Part shown: positions 38,084 to 48,374 of the stretch, piece after piece
Position numbering within the stretch: the stretch's first letter is position 1
Layout: each line of letters starts with the position of its first letter
Origin: Gemmatimonadaceae bacterium
Lineage (GTDB): Bacteria > Gemmatimonadota > Gemmatimonadetes > Gemmatimonadales > Gemmatimonadaceae
Length of the DNA: 64,000 bases
Direction of reading: 5' to 3'
Assembly (NCBI GenBank): GCA_051859245.1
Contig: JBHYGA010000005.1
Coordinates: forward strand, 128,001 to 192,000
Notes under the pieces: model-generated
Told to the model about the DNA's origin: nothing
Database searches by the model: none
The model's input: only the letters and a program-made list of their open reading frames with translations
Program-made: the position numbers and the translations under genes

Positions 38084-38380
38084 ATGTCAAGAAGCGTTAA
38101 GAAGGGACCGTTCGTCGCAGAGCGCCTGCAGGCCAAGGTGCTCGGCATGAACGAACGCAGCGAGAAGAAGGTCGTAAAGACCTGGTCGCGCGCGAGCATG
38201 ATTCTGCCCGATTTTGTCGGGCACACGTTCGCTGTACACAACGGCAATAAGTTCATCCCGGTGTACGTGACCGAAAATATGGTTGGCCATAAGCTGGGCG
38301 AGTTCTCGCCCACGCGACTGTTCCGCGGTCATGCGGGTCAGAAGGTCGACAAGAAGGCCGGCGCGAAGGGAGGCAAGTAA
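38084..38380 (+). CDS. rpsS: 30S ribosomal protein S19
   Basis: [21 protein letters not shown]. Confidence 0.97.
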   Translation: MSRSVKKGPFVAERLQAKVLGMNERSEKKVVKTWSRASMILPDFVGHTFAVHNGNKFIPVYVTENMVGHKLGEFSPTRLFRGHAGQKVDKKAGAKGGK

Positions 38381-38382
38381 CC

Positions 38383-38766
38383 ATGGCCCTCCCAGCACTT
38401 CGCCCGGGCGGCACCACGGCCAACGCCACGCAGCGCACCACGCGTCAGTCACCGTACAAGATGCGCTTGGTGATTGACCAGATTCGTGGTCAGCGCGTGA
38501 ACGATGCCCTGGCGCTGCTCAAGTTCTCCAAGAAGCACGCGGCCAAGCAGATCGAAAAGACGCTGCTGTCGGCGGTGGCCAATGCCGAACAGACGGCCCG
38601 CAAGAATAACACCTCGCTGGATGCCGATACGTTGGTGATCACGCGCGCGGTGGTGAATGAAGGACCGAAGCTCAAGCGGTTTACGCCAGCGGCCATGGGT
38701 CGGGCGACTCCGATGATCAAGCGTACCAGCCACGTCGAGATCGTCGTGGCGGAGGCCGGTAAATAA
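38383..38766 (+). CDS. rplV: 50S ribosomal protein L22
   Basis: [23 protein letters not shown]. Confidence 0.95.
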   Translation: MALPALRPGGTTANATQRTTRQSPYKMRLVIDQIRGQRVNDALALLKFSKKHAAKQIEKTLLSAVANAEQTARKNNTSLDADTLVITRAVVNEGPKLKRFTPAAMGRATPMIKRTSHVEIVVAEAGK

Positions 38767-39425
38767 TGGGACAAAAGGTCAATCCGATTGGCTTTCGCCT
38801 CGGAATTACGAAGACGTGGCGTTCGACCTGGTACGCAAAGCGGGACATGCCGGCGCTGCTCAAGGAAGACGCGTTGCTGCGCAAGTACCTGCGCGCGCGC
38901 CTCGACAACGGCGCTATCTCCGACGTGCGCATTGAGCGCAAGCCGGGCAAGGTCGTGGTCACGATTCACACCGGTCGTCCGGGTGTCGTGATTGGTAAGA
39001 AGGGTGCCGAAGTCGACAAGTTGCGTGACGAACTCGCGCAGCTGACCGGCAAGGAAGTCGGCATCAACGTCGAAGAGATCAAGCGTCCGGAAATCGACGC
39101 GCAGCTCGTCGCCGATAACATTGGCGCGCAGCTCATTCAGCGTATCTCGTTCCGTCGTGCGCTCAAGCGCGCGGTGCAGAGCGCGATGCGGAGCGGTGCG
39201 CAGGGAATCAAGGTCAAGTGCAGCGGTCGTCTTGGCGGCGCGGAAATCGCGCGTGTTGAAGGCTACCACGAGGGGCGTGTGCCTCTGCACACGTTGCGCG
39301 CGGACATCGACTACGCCACCTCCACGGCTCGCACTACCTATGGTGTCATTGGCATCAAGGTGTGGGTCTTCAAGGGTGAAGTCGTCGAAGATCGTCGCAA
39401 CAAGACCTACTCGACCGGCGCCTGA
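38766..39425 (+). CDS. rpsC: 30S ribosomal protein S3
   Basis: [27 protein letters not shown]. Confidence 0.97.
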   Translation: MGQKVNPIGFRLGITKTWRSTWYAKRDMPALLKEDALLRKYLRARLDNGAISDVRIERKPGKVVVTIHTGRPGVVIGKKGAEVDKLRDELAQLTGKEVGINVEEIKRPEIDAQLVADNIGAQLIQRISFRRALKRAVQSAMRSGAQGIKVKCSGRLGGAEIARVEGYHEGRVPLHTLRADIDYATSTARTTYGVIGIKVWVFKGEVVEDRRNKTYSTGA

Positions 39426-39437
39426 GGAGATTGAACG

Positions 39438-39866
39438 ATGCTGAGTCCGAAGCGGGTCAAGTTCCGCAAGACATTTAAGGGTCGCATGACTGGATTGGCG
39501 CACCGTGGGGCCACTGTGTCCTTCGGTACGTACGGTCTGCAGGCCGTCGAGCCGGGCTGGGTAAGCAGCCGGCAGATTGAAGCGTGTCGTGTCGCCATGA
39601 CGCGTCACATCAAGCGTGGTGGTAAGGTCTGGATTCGTATCTTCCCGGACAAGCCGATCACGAAGAAGCCCGCCGAAACCCGAATGGGTAAGGGTAAGGG
39701 TTCGCCGGAGTTGTGGGTGGCCGTGGTGAAGCCGGGTCGCATCATGTTCGAGCTGGAAGGTGTTCCGCTCGACGTGGCGCTCAAGGCCATGGCACTCGCG
39801 TCCGCCAAGCTTTCGGTCAAGACGAAGTTCGTCCAGCGCGAAGAGGTGGTGAGCAATGAAGGCTGA
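39438..39866 (+). CDS. rplP: 50S ribosomal protein L16
   Basis: [13 protein letters not shown]. Confidence 0.97.
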   Translation: MLSPKRVKFRKTFKGRMTGLAHRGATVSFGTYGLQAVEPGWVSSRQIEACRVAMTRHIKRGGKVWIRIFPDKPITKKPAETRMGKGKGSPELWVAVVKPGRIMFELEGVPLDVALKAMALASAKLSVKTKFVQREEVVSNEG

Positions 39867-40140
39867 AGACATTCGCGCGCTCGGCGACGACGAGCTTCGC
39901 GCCCGTATTCTGGAGTTGGAGGAGGAGTCGTTCCGCCTCCGGTTCCGTTCGGCCACGGAGGCGCTGGAGGATCCCCTTCGGCAGCGTGTGATCCGGCGCG
40001 ACGTCGCGCGCCTGCAGACGATCCTGCGCGAGCGGGCCATGGGCATTGTTCGTACGGCGGCACCAGCCGCGGCGAAGAAGGCTCCGGCTCGGAAGACGGC
40101 CGGTGCCAAGAAGGCGCCGCGTCGGTCCACGGCGCGTTAA
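39856..40140 (+). CDS. rpmC: 50S ribosomal protein L29 with basic C-terminal tail
   Basis: [13 protein letters not shown]; synteny. Confidence 0.92.
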   Translation: MKAEDIRALGDDELRARILELEEESFRLRFRSATEALEDPLRQRVIRRDVARLQTILRERAMGIVRTAAPAAAKKAPARKTAGAKKAPRRSTAR

Positions 40141-40155
40141 CCGGGAAGAACGAAG

Positions 40156-40446
40156 ATGGCTGAGATGAACAACGCAAACGCCACCCAGGGTGAAGAGCGC
40201 ACGGCGCGGAAGTTGCGCGTGGGCGTGGTGGTGAGCGATAAGATGCAGAAGACTGTCGTTGTGCAGATCGATCGGCGCATGCCGCATCCGGTGTACGGCA
40301 AGATGGTCACGCGCTCGAAGCGCCTGAAGGCCCACGACGAGGAAAACTCGGCGAAGCTCGGCGACACGGTGCGTATCATGGAGACCCGGCCCTTGTCAAA
40401 GGACAAGCGGTGGCGCCTGGTCGAAATCGTCGAGCGCGCCCGCTAA
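40156..40446 (+). CDS. rpsQ: 30S ribosomal protein S17
   Basis: [22 protein letters not shown]. Confidence 0.96.
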   Translation: MAEMNNANATQGEERTARKLRVGVVVSDKMQKTVVVQIDRRMPHPVYGKMVTRSKRLKAHDEENSAKLGDTVRIMETRPLSKDKRWRLVEIVERAR

Positions 40447-40463
40447 GGGTAGGAGCCTGAGTT

Positions 40464-40832
40464 ATGATCCAGCAGGAATCAGTAGTGAAAGTCGCGGACA
40501 ACTCGGGGGCCAAAAAGGCGCTCGTGATCCGTGTGCTCGGCGGCACGCGGCGTCGCTATGCGGGACTCGGTGACAAAGTCATCGTGGCCGTGAAAGACGC
40601 GCTGCCCAACGGCACCGTGAAGAAGTCCGATGTTGCCAAGGCCGTGGTGGTGCGCACCGTCAAGGAAACGCGCCGCAAGGATGGCAGCTACATCCGTTTC
40701 GACGAAAACGCGGTCGTCATCATCAATGACAACGGCGATCCGAAGGCCACGCGTATCTTCGGTCCCGTGGCGCGCGAACTGCGTGACAAGCGATACATGA
40801 AGATCGTATCGCTGGCGCCCGAGGTGATTTGA
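40464..40832 (+). CDS. rplN: 50S ribosomal protein L14
   Basis: [26 protein letters not shown]. Confidence 0.97.
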   Translation: MIQQESVVKVADNSGAKKALVIRVLGGTRRRYAGLGDKVIVAVKDALPNGTVKKSDVAKAVVVRTVKETRRKDGSYIRFDENAVVIINDNGDPKATRIFGPVARELRDKRYMKIVSLAPEVI

Positions 40833-40833
40833 T

Positions 40834-41238
40834 ATGCGTCTGAATACGTACAAAAAGTCCGACCGTGGACATCGTCTTGGCTCGTCGCGTCACGCCCTCA
40901 AGGCGTCGCGTGAGCCGGTGCATGTCGTCACTGGCGACATCGTGCGCGTGATGCGCGGTGATGACGCTGGCAAGGAAGGCAAGGTTATTAAAGTGCATCA
41001 CAAGACCGGCCGCATTACGGTGGACGGGATCAACATTGTGAAGAAGCACCGCAAGGCGCGCTCGGCTGAAGAGCAGAGCGCGATCATTGAGATGGCGGCC
41101 CCGATCAACGCGTCGAACGTGATGCTGATCGATCCGCAGAGCGGCAAGCCCACCCGGGTGCGTGCGCGTCTTGATGAGGATGGCACGAAGGAGCGGATCG
41201 CCGTGAAGAGCGGGCAGTCGATCGCGTTCAACCGCTGA
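40834..41238 (+). CDS. rplX: 50S ribosomal protein L24
   Basis: [24 protein letters not shown]. Confidence 0.93.
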   Translation: MRLNTYKKSDRGHRLGSSRHALKASREPVHVVTGDIVRVMRGDDAGKEGKVIKVHHKTGRITVDGINIVKKHRKARSAEEQSAIIEMAAPINASNVMLIDPQSGKPTRVRARLDEDGTKERIAVKSGQSIAFNR

Positions 41239-41255
41239 CCGGATAGAGACTGACC

Positions 41256-42047
41256 ATGGCAACGAAGACAAAGGCGCCCGCGAAGGGTGCAGCAGGTAAG
41301 GGTGGCGCGAAGGCTGGCGGCAAGTCGGCGGGCAAGGGCGGCGCGGGTGCGCCGAAGCCTGGCAGCAAGGCCGCCAAGAAGGCCGGCGCGGGCGGACGGG
41401 CCGCGGTTGACTTTACGAAGCGCGATCACGCGGGTGCCGGCTTGCCGGTTCCGGCGCCGCGCCTCAAGGTCCACTACGAGAACGTCGTGCGAAACGTGCT
41501 GGCCGACAAGTTTGGTCTCAAGAACATTCACGAGATCCCCACGCTCACCAAGATTGTGGTGAACTGTGGTGTTGGCGAAGCGGTGAAGCAGCCCAAGTTG
41601 CTCGACGTAGTGGTCGAAGAACTGGCGCTCATCACGGGCCAGAAGCCGGTGCGTCGCAAGGCCAAGAAGTCCATCGCCAACTTCGGTTTGCGCGAAGGAC
41701 AGGAAATCGGTGCGTCAGTCACGCTGCGTGGCGCGCGCATGTGGGAGTTCCTTGATCGGTTCGTCACGGTGGCGTGCCCGCGTATCCGCGATTTCCGCGG
41801 ACTCGGCACGCGCGCGTTCGACGGTCGTGGTAACTTCACGCTCGGCATCAAGGAGCAGATGATCTTCCCGGAGATCAACTACGACATGGTCGAGCAGATG
41901 CATGGTTTTGACATCACGTTTGTCACGACCGCGCAGAAGGACGAGCTCGCACTGGCGCTGTTGCACCAGTTGGGCATGCCGTTCCGTGGCGACGACAAGC
42001 CGGTGACGCCCAAGGTGGCGCAGCCGGCCGAAGCAGCAGCGGCCTGA
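41256..42047 (+). CDS. rplE: 50S ribosomal protein L5 with K/G/A-rich N-terminal extension
   Basis: KIVVNCG, PRIRDFRG, FDGRGN, IFPEI. Confidence 0.96.
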   Translation: MATKTKAPAKGAAGKGGAKAGGKSAGKGGAGAPKPGSKAAKKAGAGGRAAVDFTKRDHAGAGLPVPAPRLKVHYENVVRNVLADKFGLKNIHEIPTLTKIVVNCGVGEAVKQPKLLDVVVEELALITGQKPVRRKAKKSIANFGLREGQEIGASVTLRGARMWEFLDRFVTVACPRIRDFRGLGTRAFDGRGNFTLGIKEQMIFPEINYDMVEQMHGFDITFVTTAQKDELALALLHQLGMPFRGDDKPVTPKVAQPAEAAAA

Positions 42048-42079
42048 CGGCCACTATCGAATCACACCGAGAATAGCCG

Positions 42080-42385
42080 ATGGCCAAGACCAGCAAACTC
42101 GCCCGTAACGCCCAGCGCCGTGAACTCGTAGCTCGCTACGCCGAACGTCGTGCCGCGCTCAAGGCGATTATCAAGAATCCGAACACCACGATGGATGCGC
42201 GCGCAGAAGCGTATGAGAAGCTGCGCAAGTTGCCGCGTGACAGTTCCGCTGTGCGTATTCGTAACCGCTGCAATATGTCAGGACGCCCGCGCGCGTTCCT
42301 GCGGCAGTTTGGCCTCAGCCGTATTGCCCTCCGGGACATGGCCCTGAACGGCCTTATCCCCGGTGTTCGCAAGGCGAGCTGGTAA
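42080..42385 (+). CDS. rpsN: 30S ribosomal protein S14 (long Zn-independent form)
   Basis: 101 aa, [18 protein letters not shown]. Confidence 0.95.
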   Translation: MAKTSKLARNAQRRELVARYAERRAALKAIIKNPNTTMDARAEAYEKLRKLPRDSSAVRIRNRCNMSGRPRAFLRQFGLSRIALRDMALNGLIPGVRKASW

Positions 42386-42449
42386 GCCTTTTTTCATTCA
42401 CTTCCTACAGGTCCGGCCAGGCCGGATACCATAGGAGCAATATCACGCC

Positions 42450-42851
42450 ATGAGCCTGAACGACCCGATTGCCGACATGCTCACGCGCATTCGTAATGCG
42501 TGTGCAGCCAACCACCGTCGTGTGGACATGCCGGTTTCTACGATTAAGTCACAGATCGCGCGTATCCTGAAGGAGAATCACTTCATCACGGATTATCGCA
42601 CGGTTGAGACGGAAGACGGCAAGCCGATGCTGCGCGTCATCCTCAAGTACGCGCACGGTGGCCAGTCGGTCATTCGTGAACTCAAGCGCGTGTCCACGCC
42701 GGGTCTGCGCCGCTATGTCGGCGTGGCAGAAATCCCGCGTGTACGCAACGGGCTGGGCATGTGCATCCTGAGCACGTCTCAGGGACTGATGTCTGATCGC
42801 CAAGCGCGTTCTGCGAACACCGGCGGCGAGTTGCTCGCCCTGGTTTGGTAA
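42450..42851 (+). CDS. rpsH: 30S ribosomal protein S8
   Basis: DPIADMLTRIRN, GGELLALVW. Confidence 0.97.
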   Translation: MSLNDPIADMLTRIRNACAANHRRVDMPVSTIKSQIARILKENHFITDYRTVETEDGKPMLRVILKYAHGGQSVIRELKRVSTPGLRRYVGVAEIPRVRNGLGMCILSTSQGLMSDRQARSANTGGELLALVW

Positions 42852-42863
42852 GGAGACGCTACC

Positions 42864-43403
42864 ATGTCACGTATCGGCAAACGTCCAATCCCGGTTCCGG
42901 CCGGCGTTACCGTCAAGATTGACGGCAACATGATGGTCGTGAAGGGTCCGCAGGGAGAGTTGTCCCGCGCGTTGCACCCGGAAATGATCCTCAAGCAGGA
43001 AGATGGCAACTTGGTCGTCGAGCGTCCGAGCGACGAAACGGCGCACAAGTCGCTGCACGGTCTCACGCGTACGCTCGTCGCCAACATGGTGGAAGGCGTC
43101 ACGTCGGGCTTCAAGAAGACGCTCGAGATCTCCGGCGTCGGTTACAAGGCGGAGCTGCAGCCGTACGGCGTGAAGCTGTCGCTGGGGCTGTCGCACCAGA
43201 TTGAGTTCAAAACACCGGCGGGCATCACGCTCACCACGCCGAACGCAACCACGGTGGTCGTGTCTGGCATGAGCAAGGAACTGGTCGGGCAGGTGGCCGC
43301 GGAGATCCGCAGCTTCCGCAAGCCCGAACCCTACAAGGGCAAGGGCGTGAAGTATCAGGGCGAAGTCATCCGGCGTAAGGCTGGTAAGGCGGGAGGCAAG
43401 TAA
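42864..43403 (+). CDS. rplF: 50S ribosomal protein L6
   Basis: [18 protein letters not shown]. Confidence 0.97.
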   Translation: MSRIGKRPIPVPAGVTVKIDGNMMVVKGPQGELSRALHPEMILKQEDGNLVVERPSDETAHKSLHGLTRTLVANMVEGVTSGFKKTLEISGVGYKAELQPYGVKLSLGLSHQIEFKTPAGITLTTPNATTVVVSGMSKELVGQVAAEIRSFRKPEPYKGKGVKYQGEVIRRKAGKAGGK

Positions 43404-43759
43404 TGGCCAAAATGGCAATCCCGAAGACGGGCGTACAGAAGCGCGCGCGGCGTCACCTGCGCGTGCGCAAGAAAGTGCATGGCACTCCGGAGCGTCCGCG
43501 CTTGGTGGTGTTCCGCTCGCTCAAGCACATGTATGCCCAGATCGTCGACGACCAGGCGCAGCGTACGCTGATGACGGTGGGCGATCAGGAAATGACGGGT
43601 TCGAAGTCGGAGAAGGCATCTGCAGTCGGCAAGTCGATTGCGGAACGTGCCAAGGCGGCCGGAATTTCGAAGGTCGTCTTCGACCGGGCCGGATACCAGT
43701 ATCACGGCCGAGTGAAGGCCGTGGCCGATGGCGCCCGAGAGGGCGGCCTGGAGTTCTGA
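43403..43759 (+). CDS. rplR: 50S ribosomal protein L18
   Basis: [21 protein letters not shown]. Confidence 0.96.
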   Translation: MAKMAIPKTGVQKRARRHLRVRKKVHGTPERPRLVVFRSLKHMYAQIVDDQAQRTLMTVGDQEMTGSKSEKASAVGKSIAERAKAAGISKVVFDRAGYQYHGRVKAVADGAREGGLEF

Positions 43760-43760
43760 T

Positions 43761-44621
43761 ATGGCTGAACAGACGAATTCGGGCGGCGGGGCCCCAAGCG
43801 GTCCCGGACGCAGTGCACGTAGCGGTGGCAGCGCGAGCGGCCCAGCCGGTCGTGGTCGTGGTGGCCCAGGTGGCGGCCGTGGCGGCGCTGGCGGTGGTCG
43901 TGGCGGCCCTGGTGGCGGTCGTGGTCCCGGCGGCGGCGCGGGTGGCCGTGGTCCTGGTGGACCTGGCGGCGGCCCCGGCGGTCGTGGCGGTGAAGGTGGC
44001 GGTCGTGGCGGCCCTGGCGGCGGTCGTGACTCGCGTGGCGGACCTGGCGGCGCCGATCGCAACGAAGGCAGCGATCTGGTAGAAAACGTGATCGCGATCA
44101 ATCGCGTCGCGAAAGTCGTGAAGGGTGGTCGTCGCTTCAGCTTCAACGCGCTCGTGGCCGTCGGCGACGGACAGGGCAAAGTGGGCTACGCCACTGGCAA
44201 GGCCAACGAAGTGTCCGAAGCGGTCCGCAAGGCCGTGGAAGGCGCGCGCAAGAGCATGGTGCAGATTCCGCTCACCGGATCCACGATTCCTCATGAAATC
44301 GTGGGCAAGCATGGCGCGGGCAAGGTGTTGCTCAAGCCGGCGGCTCCGGGTGCTGGCGTGATCGCCGGTGGTGCCGTTCGTGCGGTGATGGAGTGCGTGG
44401 GTATCCATGACATCCTCACCAAGAGCCTTGGCTCCACGAACCCGCACAACATGGTGCGCGCGGCAATGGACGGACTCCAGCATCTGATCACGGTTGATCA
44501 GGCCGCGAAGGAACGCGGAATCGATGTTGGTCAGATCGGGTATCGTTCACGGGCCAAGTTGCGCTCGACTGAATCGCGTACCCCAGGCGCAGCGGCTGTG
44601 GTCGCGGCGGAGGTGGCATAA
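43761..44621 (+). CDS. rpsE: 30S ribosomal protein S5 with long RGG/GP-rich N-terminal extension
   Basis: [27 protein letters not shown]. Confidence 0.96.
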   Translation: MAEQTNSGGGAPSGPGRSARSGGSASGPAGRGRGGPGGGRGGAGGGRGGPGGGRGPGGGAGGRGPGGPGGGPGGRGGEGGGRGGPGGGRDSRGGPGGADRNEGSDLVENVIAINRVAKVVKGGRRFSFNALVAVGDGQGKVGYATGKANEVSEAVRKAVEGARKSMVQIPLTGSTIPHEIVGKHGAGKVLLKPAAPGAGVIAGGAVRAVMECVGIHDILTKSLGSTNPHNMVRAAMDGLQHLITVDQAAKERGIDVGQIGYRSRAKLRSTESRTPGAAAVVAAEVA

Positions 44622-44875
44622 TGCCAAGAACATTTGTATGGCACGCGTCCAAGGGACCGAAGCACACCCCCAAGCTTGAGGCGCCCACGGGCGGTCAGGT
44701 CTTGATCACGCAGGTGCGCAGTGGTATCGGTCATTCGTGGCGTATGCGCCTCACGCTCAAGGCCCTCGGCCTCAAGCATCATCAGGACAGCGTGGTGCAG
44801 ACGGATACGCCGTCGCTGCGCGGTCAGATCAAGCATGTGCGTCACCTGGTTCAGGTGACGCCGGTGAAGGAGTAA
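44621..44875 (+). CDS. rpmD: 50S ribosomal protein L30
   Basis: ITQVRSGIG..TLKALGL..RGQI..V.HLV. Confidence 0.92.
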   Translation: MPRTFVWHASKGPKHTPKLEAPTGGQVLITQVRSGIGHSWRMRLTLKALGLKHHQDSVVQTDTPSLRGQIKHVRHLVQVTPVKE

Positions 44876-44877
44876 CC

Positions 44878-45372
44878 GTGGCAACTAAAACCAAGAGCGC
44901 GGCCAACGGCGGCGCTGGCGATAAGCTTGGACTGCACAACCTCGTGCCGGCACCCGGTTCACACCGGTCGCGCCGTCGCGTGGGTCGCGGCCCGGGCTCG
45001 GGACTCGGCAAGACGTCCGGTAAGGGTCACAAGGGTTCCATGGCGCGTTCCGGCCATGGCGGTCCTGGTGGTGGCAAGCCGCATTTCGAAGGCGGTCAGA
45101 TGCCCCTCACGCGTCGTATTCCGAAGCGTGGTTTCAACAACCCGGCCCGTGTCGAAGCGCAGATCGTGCGTCTCGATGCCGTAGCCGCGTTGCAGGGCGA
45201 TGAAGTCACGACCGAGATCCTGTTGGCTGCCGGTTTGATCAAGGCGGGCAAGGGTCCGGCCAAGCTGCTCGCGAATGGCGAGCTCACCAAGGCAATGACG
45301 ATTCGCGGCGTAAAGGCCAGCGCGTCGGCGATTGCCAAAATCGAGGCGGCCGGCGGCCGCGTCGAGGGCTGA
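44878..45372 (+). CDS. rplO: 50S ribosomal protein L15
   Basis: GRGPGSGLGKTSGKGHKG, FEGGQMPL.RR.PKRGF; GTG start after AGGAG. Confidence 0.95.
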   Translation: MATKTKSAANGGAGDKLGLHNLVPAPGSHRSRRRVGRGPGSGLGKTSGKGHKGSMARSGHGGPGGGKPHFEGGQMPLTRRIPKRGFNNPARVEAQIVRLDAVAALQGDEVTTEILLAAGLIKAGKGPAKLLANGELTKAMTIRGVKASASAIAKIEAAGGRVEG

Positions 45373-45388
45373 CGGAGACCCACCAGGA

Positions 45389-46729
45389 ATGGCCCAGACG
45401 AATGCGGCGGCTCAGGCCGTTGCGAACATCTACAAGACGCCAGAACTGTGGCAGAAGATCACCTTCACGCTCATTTGTCTGGTGATCTATCGTACGGGCG
45501 CGCACATCACGGCGCCCGGCATCGATGTCACGGCCATGATGGACTATTTCGCCGCACAAGGTTCGAACGGCCTGCTCGGCTTGTACAACCTTTTTGTGGG
45601 CGGATCGCTCGAGCGCGCCACAGTACTGTCGCTCGGCATCATGCCGTACATCTCGGCGAGCATCTTCATGCAGATCGCGGGCGCCGTTGTGCCTACGGTC
45701 GACAAGATGAACAAGGATGAAGAAGGCCGGAAGAAAGTCACGCAGTGGACGCGCTACCTCACGGTCGTGCTGGCCATGGTGCAGGCGTACGGATTCGCGC
45801 TCTTTGTCGCGAGCTTGCCGAACGCCGTGTCGCGTCCTGGTGCGTGGTTCACGATTCAGATGATGCTCTTCCTCACCACGGGCGCGCTGTTCGTGATGTG
45901 GTTGGGTGAGCAGATCACCGAGCGTGGCATCGGCAACGGCGCGTCACTCCTGATTTTCTTCTCCATCGTGCAGGGCTTCTGGCCGTCCATCTTCCAGACG
46001 TTCAGCCTGTTCAGCACGGGCGCGATTCCAATTTTCACGCTGATTCTGCTTGGTGTGATGATGATCGCGGTGGTTGCCGCAGTGGTCGCGGTAACGGTTG
46101 CTGCCAGACGCGTGGTCATTCAAATCCCGCAGCGCACCATGGGACGTGGTCGCATGCGTGAAGCGAGTCGCAACTTTATTCCGTTGCGTATCACCACGGC
46201 TGGCGTGATGCCGATCATCTTTGCGCAGTCGGTGATCATTGTACCGGGCGCGATTGGTCAGTTCAGCGGCAATCCGCGCTTGCAGGAAATCGCCGAAATG
46301 TTCAACCCGCTCGGCCCGAACCCGTGGTTGTATTTCGTGGTGTCGGCGGTGCTCATCATTCTGTTCACGTACTTCTACACGTCCATCATCTTCAATCCGG
46401 TGGACATCGCCGAGAATCTGAAGAAGCAGGGTGGATTTGTGCCGGGCGTGAAGCCTGGTGCAAAAACGGCGGAGTACATTGAAGGCGTGATTGAGCGCAT
46501 CACCCTGCCGGGCGCGCTGTTCCTCACGGCGATTGCGTTGTTGCCGATGGTGATTGCCCGCGTGATCAACGTGCCGTTCCTCTTTGGCGGAACGTCACTG
46601 CTGATCGTGGTTGGTGTGGCGCTTGATACCATGTCGCAAATGCAGCAGCACCTGTTGCTGCGCAAGTACGACGGCTTCATGAAGAAGGGTCGGGTGAAGT
46701 TCCGTGGCCGTCAGGCTTCGGGTATCTGA
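45389..46729 (+). CDS. secY: preprotein translocase subunit SecY
   Basis: LGIMPYISASI, WLGEQITERGIGNG, FGGTSLLIVVGV. Confidence 0.97.
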   Translation: MAQTNAAAQAVANIYKTPELWQKITFTLICLVIYRTGAHITAPGIDVTAMMDYFAAQGSNGLLGLYNLFVGGSLERATVLSLGIMPYISASIFMQIAGAVVPTVDKMNKDEEGRKKVTQWTRYLTVVLAMVQAYGFALFVASLPNAVSRPGAWFTIQMMLFLTTGALFVMWLGEQITERGIGNGASLLIFFSIVQGFWPSIFQTFSLFSTGAIPIFTLILLGVMMIAVVAAVVAVTVAARRVVIQIPQRTMGRGRMREASRNFIPLRITTAGVMPIIFAQSVIIVPGAIGQFSGNPRLQEIAEMFNPLGPNPWLYFVVSAVLIILFTYFYTSIIFNPVDIAENLKKQGGFVPGVKPGAKTAEYIEGVIERITLPGALFLTAIALLPMVIARVINVPFLFGGTSLLIVVGVALDTMSQMQQHLLLRKYDGFMKKGRVKFRGRQASGI

Positions 46730-47380
46730 GTGCTGATCGTACTACTCGGACCACCAGGCGCAGGAAAGGGAACTCAAGGCGAGCGGCTTGCTGCTCGCCT
46801 TGAAGTGCCCAAGATCGCCACGGGAGACGTACTGCGTGCCGCGGTGCGCGATGGCACGCCGCTCGGTCTTGCGGCCAAGGCCGCCATGGATCGGGGTGAC
46901 CTCCTTCCTGACGACGTGATTCAGGGCATCATGAAGGAAGCGCTCACGGCACCGGAAGCGGCCAACGGCGCAATCCTCGATGGTGTCGTGCGCACGATTC
47001 CGCAGGCCGAGGGTTTGCGTGACATGCTCGCGTCGGTTGATCGCGAGCTGGACGCCGTGCTCCTGTTTGATGTCGAGACGGAAGAACTGGTGCGTCGCCT
47101 CAGCGGCCGTACCACGTGCAGTGCCTGTCAGCGCCCGTACTTTGGTCGCCAGCCGGGTGAGCCATGTGAATGCCCGGATGGCAAGAAGGGTGTTCTCGTG
47201 CGTCGCAGTGATGACGAACCGGAAGCGGTGCGCAAGCGTCTCGATGTATTCAAGGCGCAGACGCAGCCGGTGATTGAGTGGTATCGCAAGAACGGCGCTC
47301 GTGTGATTGCGATTAACGCGGTGGGCACGCTCGACGAAGTCGAGGCGCGCGCGATCGCGGGCCTCGGACCCGCACGCTGA
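46730..47380 (+). CDS. adk: adenylate kinase
   Basis: GPPGAGKGTQ, TGD.LR, RSDD; Cys-containing lid. Confidence 0.95.
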   Translation: MLIVLLGPPGAGKGTQGERLAARLEVPKIATGDVLRAAVRDGTPLGLAAKAAMDRGDLLPDDVIQGIMKEALTAPEAANGAILDGVVRTIPQAEGLRDMLASVDRELDAVLLFDVETEELVRRLSGRTTCSACQRPYFGRQPGEPCECPDGKKGVLVRRSDDEPEAVRKRLDVFKAQTQPVIEWYRKNGARVIAINAVGTLDEVEARAIAGLGPAR

Positions 47381-47381
47381 G

Positions 47382-48149
47382 ATGGCGATCGGATCCGGGC
47401 TGCAACTCAAGTCGCCACGCGAAATTGATACGATGGCTCGTGGCGGCGCGATTCTGGCCGCCACGCATGCGTTTGTAAAGACGCACATTCAGCCCGGCGT
47501 GAGCACGGGCGAACTCGACCGCCTCGCTGAGCAGTTCATTCGCGATCACGCCGGCGCCGAACCCGCGTTCAAGGGACTCTACGGATTTCCTGGCGCTGTG
47601 TGTATTTCGGTGAACGAAGAAATCGTGCACGGCATTCCGTCGAACAAGCGCATCCTCAATGACGGCGACATTGTGTCGGTCGACATTGGTGTGAAGTTCG
47701 AAGGCATGTTCACCGATGCCGCGATCACGCATCCGGTTGGTGTGATTGACGAAGTCACGCAGCGGTTGCTCGAGGTCACAGAGCGTTCGCTGGCCGCCGG
47801 CATTGCTGCGGCGACCACGGACAATCATGTCGGTGACATCGGTGCGGCGATTCAGGCGGTTGTTGAGACGGCCGGGTTCTCGATCGTGCGTGAGCTTGTG
47901 GGGCACGGCGTTGGGTTTGCGCCGCACGAAGAGATTCAGATTCCCAACTACGGCAAGGCCAAGCGCGGGAAGAAACTCGTGGCTGGGCTTACCATCGCGA
48001 TCGAGCCCATGGTGAATGTGGGTACCGCGAAAACGCGTACGCTTGGTGATAAGTGGACGGTGGTCACGCTTGATGGGAAGCGGTCCGCGCACTTTGAGCA
48101 TACGATTGCGGTGACGGATGCCGGGCCGAGGGTGTTGACGGTCGTTTAA
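47382..48149 (+). CDS. map: methionine aminopeptidase type I
   Basis: SVNEEIVHGIP, GHGVG, AIEPMVN, SAHFEHT. Confidence 0.95.
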   Translation: MAIGSGLQLKSPREIDTMARGGAILAATHAFVKTHIQPGVSTGELDRLAEQFIRDHAGAEPAFKGLYGFPGAVCISVNEEIVHGIPSNKRILNDGDIVSVDIGVKFEGMFTDAAITHPVGVIDEVTQRLLEVTERSLAAGIAAATTDNHVGDIGAAIQAVVETAGFSIVRELVGHGVGFAPHEEIQIPNYGKAKRGKKLVAGLTIAIEPMVNVGTAKTRTLGDKWTVVTLDGKRSAHFEHTIAVTDAGPRVLTVV

Positions 48150-48162
48150 GGGCGCGTCCGCG

Positions 48163-48346
48163 GGATTGTAAACTGCCTGGAACGCAGAGACGCAGAGACG
48201 CAGAGACTGCTCGCTGATTTGAGATCGCGGCTCAACACATTCAAAATGTTTTGAGGTGTGTGCCCGCTGCACCGCGGCACGTCGCAGCATGCAGTCTCTG
48301 CGACTCTGCGACTCTGCGCCTCTGCGTTCCAAGCAGTTTACGATCC
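48163..48346. repeat. long inverted-repeat element, family B (second copy)
   Basis: AACTGCCTGGAA(CGCAGAGA)3CTGC ... GCAG(TCTCTGCG-like)4TTCCAAGCAGTT between convergent map and ftcD. Confidence 0.88.
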
Positions 48347-48374
48347 TGCCCTCGCCGCGAACGCGGCGCTACGC

